64,000 nt of DNA from Mobula hypostoma (GCF_963921235.1 NC_086097.1:134418001-134482000); one strand, 5' to 3'; shown: positions 37,509-49,820, counted from the first letter of the stretch. The notes: generated by a model not told the origin, from the letters alone. Program-made: numbers and translations.

Positions 37509-39354
37509 CTGTTGTGCAAAATTAAAAGAAGGAGGTTTAGATATAAGGTGCAGGAAAGGGTACAAAAATTAAAACCACACATACGATCCTAAAACAGCAT
37601 GTTACAAACAAACTGAAGTATCTGCGTGGACTTTGTGCAGACAGAAATGCAGGCTTGTGCCTGTCACATCTATATAACCAGGCATTGATTTTCCTGTCGA
37701 CACCAGGCACTTCAGCCATTTATCCTCTGCTCCACAGTTGGACCCAAAGGGTTTGAAAAATTCTGTTACAGTCCGGTTGCCCCTAAGGCAAATGTGAGAA
37801 TGGATTTCACCTGTATGGTCCTCTCACTTACCCAGGGTGCGTGCTGTCAGAGTAAAGGCTAAACGGAAAATCATCCACGCAAGGTTACTCAACCAATCAC
37901 ACCAGCATGAACTTAACCATTGCCGCGGTGCGCACATTCCTGGATCAGCACACAGACTGAAATCACAGGCGTTGCTGCACCATATCACATTCCCATATTT
38001 TTATGCCCTGTGACTAGACAAATCTCATAAGGCTTGACTCCATGTGGTAAGAGGCATTGATTAACTTGGTTCCGTAGCCAGATAGGCTGCAAATGCCCCA
38101 AGAGATGTAGTGGACTGAAGCAGAAAAAGAAGTAACAACCGGTCTGCTACTGAATACGTTGTGTAAGGATTGAACCTGTGAAATCTTGCATCATTTATAA
38201 CCAGTTTTTAAATGGTGTTTCCCGGTTGCTATTTGAGATATCTACTCCACTTATGTTATTTTAATAAAAATGCACTGTACATAGAACAGAAATACCCATT
38301 TTTTAAAGGAAAAGATATGACATTAAACATATCATAGGCTGAATGCAACCACCATATCCCTTCAGCGTTGACATTAAGACAGATAAACTTACCATTCTGA
38401 CTAAAGATAAATTTACTTAAACTGTTTTGCAAATCATTACTACCATTCACTAAAGTATCATATAAAGGTATAATTTGGATAGCTTGAGCATGTCAAGCTG
38501 AAGTAGAAGCAGCATGGGCCTAGCATTTCTGGCACTGACATTGTCCACTGCTCACAGCTGGGTGTAGTTTATGTCTGGGCACTATGTTAAACATCCTTGT
38601 TGTTGGATGACGAGACTGGTCACAAGCTTTCATGTTACAACGGGTACAGAAGGAAATCATTCAACAGGAACATTGCAGGCAAGTTGGCATCAAACTTCTT
38701 GATTTGCTGAACAGTAGGCCCGCTTTGCTTGCCAATATCCAAGATGCAAGGTTTCCTAAACTTTTCCAAACATTCATGAAAGTGCATCTTAAAATAATCT
38801 GCTTACAAACTTCGCAATACTGCAGATCTAAACCCATCATTATCTAATTATACAAAATAACTGAAAATGTACAACAGATTGGCCATAGGAAAACAAAAGA
38901 CTCCACAGACTTCTGAAGATTCTAGTTCAAAATGTTAACAAATCTCTTTTGTTGCTTATTAGAATGGTACACATTTCCAGCCTTTGCAGTTTTCTCCCTG
39001 GCAATAAGCAATAAAATCCTTAGTTCCTAGAAAGTCTAACCTTAGCATTATCACTGCAACTAAAGTATAGACAAGCATTTTGCCAAGTGCCAAAAATTTC
39101 AACCCAAAGACACAGGATTAGGCACAACATTAATTCATTACAAAACACCACCATACAGCCTTTCAACAGTCCCTTGGAAAAAGCACAAAGATACAACCTC
39201 AGATCTTTGCATCCTGTGGGAAGGTGCCTTAGCATATGACAATGTTGTAGAGATACTATTCACTTCTCACACAGGTAATAATATAAATTAGATTTTCTTT
39301 ATGAAAGGTATTTCATTCCTGAGATGCTGAACTCAGAAAATCACAAAAACTAGC

Positions 39355-39771
39355 CCCTCCTTCATTGACTCTGTCAACACTTCCTGCTCCCTCAGAAAAG
39401 TAGCCAACATAATCAAAGACTCCTTCCCATACTGGATATTCTCTCTTCTCCTCCCTTCTATCAGGCAGAAGATACAAAAGCCTGAAAACACCGAGCTCAA
39501 GGTCAGCCTCTATACCACTGCTGTACGACTACTGAATGGACCTCTTGTACATTAAGATGGACTCTTGGCCTTCACAATTTACCTCATCATTGCCTAGCAT
39601 CTTATTGTCTGCCTGCATTGTGCTTTCTTAGTAACTGTAACACTATGTTCTGCATTTTGTTATTGCTGTTCGCTTGTACAACCATGATGTGAAATGATCT
39701 GTATGGATGGCATGAAAAATACGTTTTTCTTCGTACCTCAGTACATATGACAATAATAAACCAATTACCAA
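39355..39771 (+). mobile_element. Rex1/Babar LINE 3' fragment
   Basis: gccaacataatcaaagac, ctatcaggcagaagatacaaaagcctg; tail aataaaccaattaccaa. Confidence 0.7.
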
Positions 39772-40574
39772 CTGAAAAAGTCCTTGTGCAACCCCTTAGT
39801 TAATCAAAATTAAATTCATGTGGGCCCTAAAGCAGTATGGAATTTTTAAAAGTGTGAACATTCCTGAAGATATTGCAGTAAAAAGGCAAATTAAAAAGAC
39901 AAATAACTGTAGTTAAAAAGCACATTGAAGCAAAAACACATTTGTATTCAAAGGCTCAGAAAATACACAAAGGTTTGTGTGTTACTTATTTTATAGCCTT
40001 GTTTCTATAGCCTCTGTCAAGGTATCACAATTACAAAATTATAGTTTAATGTCTGGAAAATAGCAAAAATATTGTAGACTAAGCATTATGTCTCATTTCC
40101 AACTAAGCAACCAATTATATGTACATACACACACACACAGACACAATATCAATGGTTGATGTCAATAAGCAATAAAACTACCAACCAGTGATGTGACAGC
40201 CGATAGCCTATGGCTTGTTGAAAATGGGTGAAATCTTTCAGATCTTAAAACAAATTGAGTCAACGAGTAAAATAAAATAAATATTGATTACTGCTTTTAA
40301 GCTACAAGCTAAACCAGTGCTACCAAAAGTTACAACAGCAACACTTAAGAGTATAACACCTGGGTGGGGTTTTAAGCAATTTTACGTGCATCTGGTTGAA
40401 ACCTCAGAAAAACTGATGTTTCTTGTTGCTCACTAATTTCATAAAGCTCCCTTATGTAATGCATCATTCTTTCCAGAGGTTGTATATTGCTGGAAACACT
40501 CAGAAAGTCAAGCAGTCACTGTGGGGAGAAATGTGTCTTCAATTTACAGCACGCCTCCCCAGCTATGCCTTCTG

Positions 40575-42245
40575 CAAAAATTAATGGATAAAGCCCAGTC
40601 CATCATGGGCCCATCATTGAGCACATCTACACAAAACCCTGTTGCAGGAAAGCAGTGTCCATCTCAAGGACCCACCACCACCCAGGACATGCTCTCTTCT
40701 TGCTGCTACCATCGGGAAAAGGGTACAGAAGCCTCAGGGCTTCCACCACCTTGTTCAGGAACACACAGAAAATGCTGGAGGAACTCAGCAGATAAGGCAG
40801 CATCTTTGGAAGTGAATAGACAGTCAAGGCCCTTCTTCAGGGCTGAAAAGGAAGGGAGGAAATGCCTGAATAAAGAGGTGGGGGAGGAGAAGGAGGCTAG
40901 CTAGAAGGTAATAGGAGAAACCAGGTGGGTGGGTAAGGTCAAGGGCTGTAGAAAGAGGAATCTGATAGGAGAGGAGTGTGGACCATAGGAGAAAGGAAAG
41001 GAGAAGTGGAAGCAGGGGAAAGAAATGGGCAAGTAAGAGGTGAAGGTCCCGTGAGAGGAACAGAAGAGGGGGGGGAGATATTTTTTAACCAGAAGGAGAA
41101 ATCAATAGTCATGCCATCAGGTAGGAGGGCACCCAGACAGAATATAAGGTGTTGCTCCTCCACCCTGAAGGTGGCTTCATCATGGCACAAGAAGAGGCCG
41201 TGAACCAACATGTCGGAATTATAGTTTTTGGCTACATGGAAGTTCTGCTTTTGGCGAATTGAGCGGAGGTGATTGACAAAGTGGTCCCCCAAGTTACGAC
41301 AGGTCTCACCAGTGTACAGGAGGCCGCATCAGATGCATCAGACACAATAAGTGACCCCAGCAGATTCGCAGGTGAAGCGTTGCCTCACCTGAAAGGACTG
41401 TTTGTGACCCTGAGTGGAGGTAAGGGAGGAGGTGAATAGGCAGATGTAGATCTTAGGTCGCTTGCAGGATTAAGTGGCAGGAAAGAGATTAGTGGGGACG
41501 GAAAATCGGACAAGGGAATCGCGGAGCAAGGGATCCCTATGGAAAGCTTGTGGTGGGTGGAGGAGGTAAAGATATGTTTAATGGCAGGATCCCTTTGGAG
41601 ATGGCAGAAGTTGTGGAGAATGAGGTGTTGCTTGTGGAGGCTCATGGGGTGGTAGGTAAGGACAAGAAGAACTCTATCACAGTGGGAAGATGGGGTGAGC
41701 ATGGATGTTTAGGAAATGGAGGAGATGTAGGTGAGGGCAGTATCAATAGTGGAGGAAGGGAAACCCCATTCTTTGTAGAAGTACATCAATGATGTCCTGA
41801 AACAAAAAGCCATATCCTGGGAACAGATGCGGTGGAGGCGAAGGAACTGAAGAAAGGGAATAGCATTTTACAGTAGATTGGGTGGGAAGAGGTTCAGAAA
41901 TAGTTATTCCCTCTTAACCATAAGATCTTGAACCAAAGGGGGTAATTTCACTTGCCCCATCATTGGAATATTCCCACAATCTATGGACTCACTTTCAAGG
42001 ACTCTTCATTTTGTGTTCTCGATATTTATTGCTTATCTATTTATTATTATTATTTTGTTTTTCTGTACAATTTATTGACTTTTGCACAATGGTTGAACAC
42101 CCAAGTTGGTGTGGTCTTTTACTGATTCTACTTTGATTATTATTCTATGGATTTAATGAGTATGCCCACAAAAAATGAATCTCAAAGTTGCATGTAGTGT
42201 CGTATTTGTACTTTGATAATAACATTACTTTGAACTTCGAGATTT
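40575..42245 (+). mobile_element. Rex1/Babar 3' fragment split by a Penelope insertion
   Basis: 40575-40762 and 41892-42245 join into the family sequence ...ccaggttcaggaa(c)agttatt... Confidence 0.7.
40763..41891 (-). mobile_element. Penelope-like element, 5'-truncated and decayed (RT C-terminus, GIY-YIG, terminal repeat)
   Basis: LVLTYHP, LQRDP, GDHFVNHLRS..VAK..EEQHLIFCLG.L.PDGM..DFS; imperfect TSD GTTCAGGAAC / GTTCAGAAAT. Confidence 0.85.
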
Positions 42246-43030
42246 ACTTTGAGCTTTGCAACTCACTAGTCTTTCAACTGGCACTCACATCATTCAAAAT
42301 CTCCTGACATCTAAGCTGTTACAAACTTTCACGTGTTCTCTCTGATCCTCCTCTACCTTCTTCTTTGAAACCCAGTGCTCGTTTTATTTCTGTCTTCACT
42401 TCACTTTGATGAAAGATCATTGACCTGAATCTTTAACACTGCTTCTCCTTCCACAAATGCTACCTGACCTGCTGAGTGTTTCCAGCATGTTTTGCTTTTC
42501 AGATTTCTAGCATCTGTGGTATTTTGCTTTTAAACTTCTGACTTGATGCCATTTAAGGCTCTTGTTTAGTGCATCATTCTATTACTGCAGAGATGCAAAG
42601 GAATGAATGGATTTTGAACAGGATGCTGCATTCATTTGAGAGCACTGCCAAAGGAAGTCATTGATGGGCCAGCAGTTTCTAAATGAAAGTTGGTAAAGAT
42701 TTTTCTTTCCTTTTACAATAGGATGCTTAATACATCCACTGTGTCCAGGAAGCATAGTCCAAATTGTGCTACAGTAAACATTAGTCAAATTTTCCATTCC
42801 CACCATAACAAGTAAACATATTTCAAATAATTAAGATTTATCGTAAATAGTACTCTTACAAAATAACAGGCATGCAGGCAAGAAAACGATCTCCATTGCT
42901 GCTTTGCTTTTGTTTCCAATTAACTTCAGAAGACGTATTAAACTAAGTTATCAACAGGGAAGAAAAACTCTTAAGCAGAACCTTTCATGCTTCATGAAAC
43001 CACAAAACACTTTAAGTGACTTTGGAGGCA

Positions 43031-43317
43031 GCAAGAAGTGAGGAAGGGGGAGGGGGGCGTAGGGCATGAAAGGGAGAGGGGGACGGGGTAGGGGGAGGTG
43101 GGAGGGGTGGAGGGGAAGGGGAGCTGAGGGGTTGGGAAGGGGCAGGGTGGAAGGAGGGTTGGGGTTGTAGGGGAGGAGAGGGAGTGGGGCAGAGAGTGAG
43201 GGGGAATGAGGGGAGAGGGGTGTAGAGGCAGAAGAGGGGATAAAGGGGAAGGAGGGTGAGAGGGGAGAAGGGTGGGAGGGAGCGAGAGGGAGAATGAAAC
43301 TGAGTGTGAGAGAGAGA
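43031..43317 (+). repeat. About 290-bp G/A-rich low-complexity tract
   Basis: Almost all purines with many G3-G6 runs, ending in (GA)n. Confidence 0.9.
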
Positions 43318-45811
43318 TTCTAAGTTCAATCTTTCGTCTACATTTTGTTGACAATAAAGGGTAACTGCTTAAAATCGAGAAACACACACCAAGAAGCAGA
43401 ACTAAAGTTCAAAAAGTTCAAAGCAAATTTATTATCAAAGTATACATGTAGGATAGACAATCACGAGATTCATTCATTTCTTGCTAGAGAGAGCAGAATA
43501 CAGAGAATGTGTGTACATTTCTCCATTTATGTAATTTCAACCAAACTTTACAAACTAATGAGCTCTCTACTTATTTTTGTAGACAAGTGGCAAAGGCTGA
43601 TAACTCCCAATTCTGAGTCTAACACACCCTACACCTATCATGATGGAAATAACAGCGAGGATTTCCCTTCCTCCTTTTGGTTTGAAATATATTAAAAATT
43701 ATCTGCTCATTGACAAATTTCCATTTGTGAAAAAGATTGCTGTATACCAACTAGCACCTCTCTTAGTACGTTACAGAAGTGACTGCTCTTTAAGAGGTCC
43801 GGAGGGCATAATCACAGCACTCAGGACTTAATACTGCTGAATAATGTCAGACAACCAGCCTTCCCCAGGCATATCAAGGTGGCCATTTCTCGGGAAAAGT
43901 CAATCACCTGCTGCTTGATGACCTACTGAATGTTTCTAACATCCTCTATTTAAAGTTCAGATTTCTATCAACTGCAGCTTTTTGGCTTTTCCAAAAGTAC
44001 CTTACTCAGTATAAAATGTGTTGGGAAGACCCAAACTCACGTAAAGCACTATAGTAATGCAAATTTTTTTTTTTCTTTTGATATGACTGTGCAGGGAATG
44101 CTGGCTCAACTTCAACACTTAAGAGAAGTTTGGATAAGTATGTGAATGGGAGGGAGACAGAGGATCATGGGCCAAGTGCACGTCGATGGGACTAGGCAGA
44201 ATAACTGTTCGGCATGAACTAGACGGGCTGAAGGGCCTGATTCTGTACTGTGTGTTTCATGACCCTATGACAAAAATGGTATAATCAGCAAGCAAAAGGC
44301 CAGTGACACTTTATGCACAATGTTTTTTCATTATTCATAAAGTGACACTGGGCATTTGCTTGCTGATTATGAACTAATTCCACTCAGTAGTTTAACAGAA
44401 GTTATGCAAAAGACATTGCAGTCATTTGAAGATTCTGGAGCATTCTCTCTTCTGAGACTATTATCTGCATGGCTCCATTATAAATTAACACAAAATTAGC
44501 AGAACTAAAACAAACCATAAAATGATCAGCTCAGCAGCACAACAGTCATATGCCAACATTTTCATTTATATTTTTCTCTTTGCCTTAGAGTGAGTATATT
44601 CATAGACTACAGTGACATACTTCTGCATTCTGTCAACGGTTTATTCTACTAAGTGATGTTATCGGTCTAACTAAAGAAAATAGCAAAATTATTACAGTGA
44701 CTGTTGGAAACTAAACATCTGGACATTTTGGGGACAGATTTACACGCTGTCTGTCAGATAAAACACTGCCTGCTGTTTATGGAACAAGGATATGCCTGGC
44801 AGCTTTTCCCAGCTCTGCTATCAGACTTCTTCAGTAACCATTATTCCACCCTTACTGAAGAATGACATCCTGTCTTGGCTTATGGAGTTATTTCCATCAG
44901 TGGCAGTACCTCAGACAGCCTCTGATTGTAATCATTTTTCTGGGTAAAAATGTAAGTCAATTTACATTTCATAGTCCATTGGATCTTGGGGAAATATTGT
45001 GCTCAACCAACATATGTGAACTGATTATTGTATCAAAGTGCAACAACAACAATTTCTATTTATTTAGCACCTTTAATGCTGCAAAACATTTCACAGAAAC
45101 CTCATCAAGCATAATTCAGGGCAGATGACCAAAACCTTGGAAAAAGTGGTGGGTTTTAAGCAGCATCTCAAAAGAAGAGAGGCAAAAGCTCTAAAGACCG
45201 CCGAGTGCCATTTTAAAGAACCTCTTTAAAGTGGGGTGGTAGAATAGAGGTTTAGGGGGAATTCCAAAGGGGCCCTTGGCAGCTGAAGGTATGAGTGTCA
45301 GTAACAGAGCTGTTAAATTTCTGGAAGAGAAGATTTTGATAAGTTGTAGAGGTTATATGCAAAAATGTGCAAGGAATTTGATGAGAATTTTTAAATCAAC
45401 ATAAATGATTCAAAATTACTCATCGATTTGCTTGTGCATTGGAAGATCTATTATGCATTCTTCAGTTCACTTTACCAATGTCTCACTCAAAAGGGTTAAG
45501 AATGGCATCTTAGAATATCAGTGTGGTTCATTCCTGCTGAATTTGGCTTGGAGGATGTTTACTGCAACTCTACAGTTGCATGGAGCACAGAGCAAAAGTA
45601 GAAGCTTAAAGCAAAACACAGTGAAACACCGCGAAACATTACAAGCAATCCTGTATGTAGTGTGATTTTACTCTTGAACTGCGAAAAAGGAAAGAAATAA
45701 GCCATAGGAGCAGAATTAGGCCATTCAGCCCATCAAGTCTGTTCTGCCATTTGATCACAGCCGAATTATTTTCCCTCACAACCTCATTCTCCTGCCTTCC
45801 CCATTACCTAT

Positions 45812-46997
45812 AATTGGATTAGATTAGATTCAACTTTATTGTCATTGTGCCAAGTACAGATACAAAGACAATGAAATGCAGTTAGCATCTGACCAGAAAT
45901 GCAAAGAATATTGTTATTTACAAAAATAACTGCAAATAAAAAGTAAATGCTACAGCACACAAATATAAAAATACTGAGACAGTATAATATGGGTGTAATA
46001 CTGATTAGTGCTGTGATGTGAGGTTCAGCAAGGTCACAGCCTCAGGGAAGAAGCTCTTCCTGTGCCTGCTGGTGCGGGAGCGGAGGCTCCTGTAGCACCT
46101 ATCGGATGGGAGGAGAGTAAAAAGTCCATGGTTAGGGTTTGATGCATCCCTGAGAATGCTTTTCGCCCTGCCCAGGCAGCGTTTATGGTAGATGTTCTCA
46201 ATGGTGGGCAATTGGGTGCGATAATCCACTGGGCAGTTTTCACCATACGCTGGAGTGCTTTGCAGTCAGATACGGGACAATTGCCATACCACACTGAGAT
46301 GCAGTTGGTGAGTATGCTCTCAATGGTACAGCGCTAAAAGTCCATCAGTATCCTGGGACAGAGGTGAGCTTTCTTGATGTTCTGCAGGAAATAAAGGTGC
46401 TGTTGCGTCATTTTGATCAGGATGGAGAAGTTCAGGGACCAGGTGAGATCCTCGGAAATGTGGACACCAAGGAATTTGAAGCTTGATACATCCTCCACTA
46501 CAGCTCCGTTGATGTAGATGGGGACATGAGTGTGGCTCCTAGCATGCCTGAAGTCCACAATGATCTCCTTGGTCTTCTAGGTGATAAGGGCCAGGTTGTT
46601 GTCGGCACACCACGCGGTCTGGTGCTGGACCTTGTCCCTGTAGGCCGTCTCATCATCCCTTCTGATCAGGCCAACCACCGTGGTGTCGTCTGCGAACATG
46701 ATTATGGAGTTCGAACCATGTACAGGAACGCAGTCATAGGTGAAAAGGGAGTACAGAAGAGGGCTCAGCACACAGCCTTGAGGCACACCGGTGTTCAGGG
46801 TGAGAGTGGAGAACGAGAGGTCATCTAACTTAACTGATTAGGGTCTGTTAGTCAGAAAGTCCAAGGTTCAATTGTAGAGGGATGAGCTGATACCAAGCTG
46901 GCAAAGTTTGGCAATCAGCTTGGAGCGGATCACAGTATTGAATGCCAAACTAAAGTCAATGAACAGCATTCTGACGTAAGAGTTGGTGAGTTGGTGC
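45812..46997 (-). mobile_element. Rex1/Babar LINE (RT and 3' end), relatively young
   Basis: [72 protein letters not shown]; (AATCT)n tail. Confidence 0.88.
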
Positions 46998-47465
46998 TTA
47001 TTAATCAAGAATCTATCAACCTCTGTTTTAAACATACTTAATGACTTGACCTCCACAGCAGTCTGTGGCACTGAATACCACAGATTCACCACTCTCTGGC
47101 TAAAGAAATTCCTCCTCATTTTTGCTGTAAACAGTCATCCTTCTTATTCTTAGGCTGTGCCCTCTGGACCTGGACTCTCTCACTACTCAAAATAAATTCT
47201 CTCTACATCCTTCTATCTAGGCCTTTCTAAATTTCAAAAGGAAATATAAGCAAGTACATGTCCAGAACTATCAAACGCTCCTCATATGTAAACCTTTCAT
47301 TCCTGTTATCATTCCCCTACTCTCCTCCGGAGCCTCTCCAATACCAGCACATCCTATCCTTGATATGAGACCCAAAAACCGTTCACAATACTCCAAATAT
47401 GGGCAACATACATAAAAGTTGCTGGTGAACGCAGCAGGCCAGGCAGCATCTCTAGGAAGAGGTGC

Positions 47466-47501
47466 AGTCGACGTTTCAGGCCAAGACCCTTCGTCAGGAC
47501 T
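47466..47501 (-). ncRNA. Minimal type I hammerhead ribozyme motif
   Basis: AGTC-CTGACGA-AGGGTCTTGGCCT-GAAA-CGTC^GACT on the minus strand: intact core, helix I AGUC/GACU, palindromic ACGU in place of helix III. Confidence 0.75.
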
Positions 47502-48032
47502 AACTGAAGGAAGAGTGAGTAAGGGATTTGAAAGCTGGAGGGGGAGATCCAAAATGATAGGAGAAGACAGGAGGGGGAGGGATGGAGCCAAGAGCTGGAC
47601 GGGTGATAGGCAAAAGGGATACGAGAGGATCATGGGACAGGAGGTCCGGGAAGAAAGACGGGGGGGGGGGGACCCAGAGGATGGGCAAGGGGTATATTCA
47701 GAGGGACAGAGGGAGAAAGAGGAGAGTGAGAGAAAAATGTGTGCATAAAAATAAGTAACAGATGGGGTACAAGGGGGAGGTGGGGCATTAGCGGAAGTTA
47801 GAGAAGTCGATGTTCATGCCATCAAGTTGGAGGCTACCCAGACGGAATATAAGGTGTTGTTCCTCCAACCTGAGTGTGGCTTCATCTTTACAGTAGAGGA
47901 GGCCGTGGATAGACATGTCAGAATGGGAATGGGATGTGGAATTAACATGTGTGGCCACTGGGAGATCCTGCTTTCTCTGGCAGACAGAGCGTAGATGTTT
48001 AGCAAAGTGGTCTCCCAGTCTGTGTCGGGTCT

Positions 48033-48257
48033 CGATGTGGCCTTTTATATATTGGCGAGACCCAACGCAGCTCCCGATGTGGCCTTTTATATATTGGCGA
48101 GACCCGACGCAGCTCCCGATGTGGCCTTTTATATATTGGCGAGACCCGACGCAGACTGGGAGACCGCTTTGCTGAACATCTACGGCTCCCGATGTGGCCT
48201 TTTATATATTGGCGAGACCAGATGCAGACTGGGAGACCGCTTTGCTGAACATCTACG
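48033..48257 (+). repeat. Tandem repeat of the YIG-coding segment (37, 42 and 73 nt, then the full copy)
   Basis: GCTCCCGATGTGGCCTTTTATATATTGGCGAGACC restarts at 48070, 48112 and 48185, with a partial copy from 48033. Confidence 0.92.
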
Positions 48258-48752
48258 CTCTGTCTGCCAGAGAAAGCAGGATCTCCCAGTGGCCACACAT
48301 TTTAATTCCACATCCCATTCCCATTCTGACATGTCTATCCACGGCCTCCTCCACTGTAAAGATGAAGCCACACTCAGGTTGGAGGAACAACACCTTATAT
48401 TCCGTCTGGGTAGCCTCCAACCTGATGGCATGAACATCGACTTCTCTAACTTCCGCTAATGCCCCACCTCCCCCTCGTACCCCATCTGTTACTTATTTTA
48501 ATACACACATTCTTTCTCTCACTCTCCTTTTTCTCCCTCTGTCCCTCTGAATATACCTCTTGCCCATCCTCTGGGTCCCCCCCCCTTGTCTTTCTTCCCG
48601 GACCTCCTGTCCCATGATCCTCTCGTATCCCCTTTTGCCTATCACCTGTCCAGCTCTTGGCTCCATCCCTCCCCCTCCTGTCTTCTCCTATCATTTTGGA
48701 TCTCCCCCTCCCCCTCCAACTTTCAAATCCCTTACTCACTCTTCCTTCAGTT

Positions 48753-48788
48753 AGTCCTGACGAAGGGTCTTGGCCTGAAACGTCGACT
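48753..48788 (+). ncRNA. Minimal type I hammerhead ribozyme motif
   Basis: AGTC CTGACGA AGGGTCTTGGCCT GAAA CGTC^GACT; predicted cleavage after 48784. Confidence 0.75.
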
Positions 48789-49820
48789 GCACCTTCTTCC
48801 TAGAGATGCTGCCTGGCCTGCTGCGTTCACCAGCAACTTTTATGTGTGTTGCTTGAATTTCCATCATCTGCAGAATTCCTGTTGTTTGACTCCAAATATG
48901 GTCTGCCTGAAGCCTTGTAAGCTGCAGTATTAATTCTTGCTTTTATATTCTAGTCTTACCAGTCAAGATGGTACCTGTGTGCAATGGTCCCACGTTTGTT
49001 TTTCATCCTGATTGTGATTCTGGAACTGTTGGAGGCTGTAATTTGAAGTTTGGAGATCGTTTGCTTGTTTCACCACTCTGCAGTCTCCGAGAGGATTCTG
49101 GGAGGCTGAGGCGCCAAGCATGCTGAGCTCGTTGACTTCATTAACTTTGCCTCCAACTTTCACCCTGCCCTCAAGTTTACCTGGTCCATTTCCGACACCT
49201 CCCTCCCCTTCTAGATCTTTCTGCCTCTATCTCTGGAGCCAGCTTATCTACTGATGTCTACTATAAGCCTACTGACTCTCACAGCTATCTGGACTATTCC
49301 TCTCCAGTTCTCACCCTGTCTCTTGCAAAAATGCCACCTTCTCGCAATTCCTCCATCTCTGCCGCATCTGCTCTCAGGATGAGGCTTTTCATTCCAGGAC
49401 GAGGGAGATGTCCTCCTTTTTTAATGAAAGGGGATTCCCTTCCTCCACCATCAACTCTGCTCTCAAATGCATCTCCCCCATTTCACACACATCTGTTTTC
49501 ACTCCGTCCTCCTGCCACCCCACTAGGAATAGGGTTCCCCTTGTCCTCACCTACCACCCCACCAGCCTCCGGGTCCAACATACAATTCTCTGTAATTTCC
49601 GCCATCTCCAATGGGATCCCACCACTAAGCACATCTTTCCCTCCCCCCCTCTGCTTTCCGCAGGGATCGCTCCCTACGCAGCTCCCTTGTCCATTCATCC
49701 CCCCAATCCCTCCCCACTGATCTCCCTCCTGGCACTTATCCTTGTAAGCGGAACAAGTGCTACACATGCCCTTACACTTCCTCCCTTACCACCATTCAGG
49801 GCCCCAAACAGTCCTTCCAG

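Larger units (their letters stand above)
47403..48888. mobile_element. Penelope-like fold-back (palindromic) insertion with central tandem repeats
   Basis: Left arm 47403-48034 is the reverse complement of about 48213-48852; perfect 13-bp TSD ACTCCAAATATGG at 47390-47402 and 48889-48901; both arms carry the GIY-YIG C-terminal part and a hammerhead. Confidence 0.93.
45695..48960 (-). mobile_element. CR1 3' fragment in three pieces (45695-45810, 46998-47402, 48902-48960)
   Basis: [31 protein letters not shown] and PYLEYC motifs; the pieces are collinear across two nested insertions. Confidence 0.75.

Noticed and set aside
37184..37582. 132-aa stand-alone zinc-finger ORF
   Set aside because: Only 37342-37508 is finger-coding and bounded by AG/GT; the rest is intronic read-through.
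42992..43387. Proline-rich ORFs on the minus strand
   Set aside because: Artefact of the C-rich low-complexity strand.
48033..48257. Repeat array resembling a CRISPR array
   Set aside because: No unique spacers, the units are contiguous pieces of the Penelope GIY-YIG coding sequence, the context is eukaryotic, and there are no cas genes.
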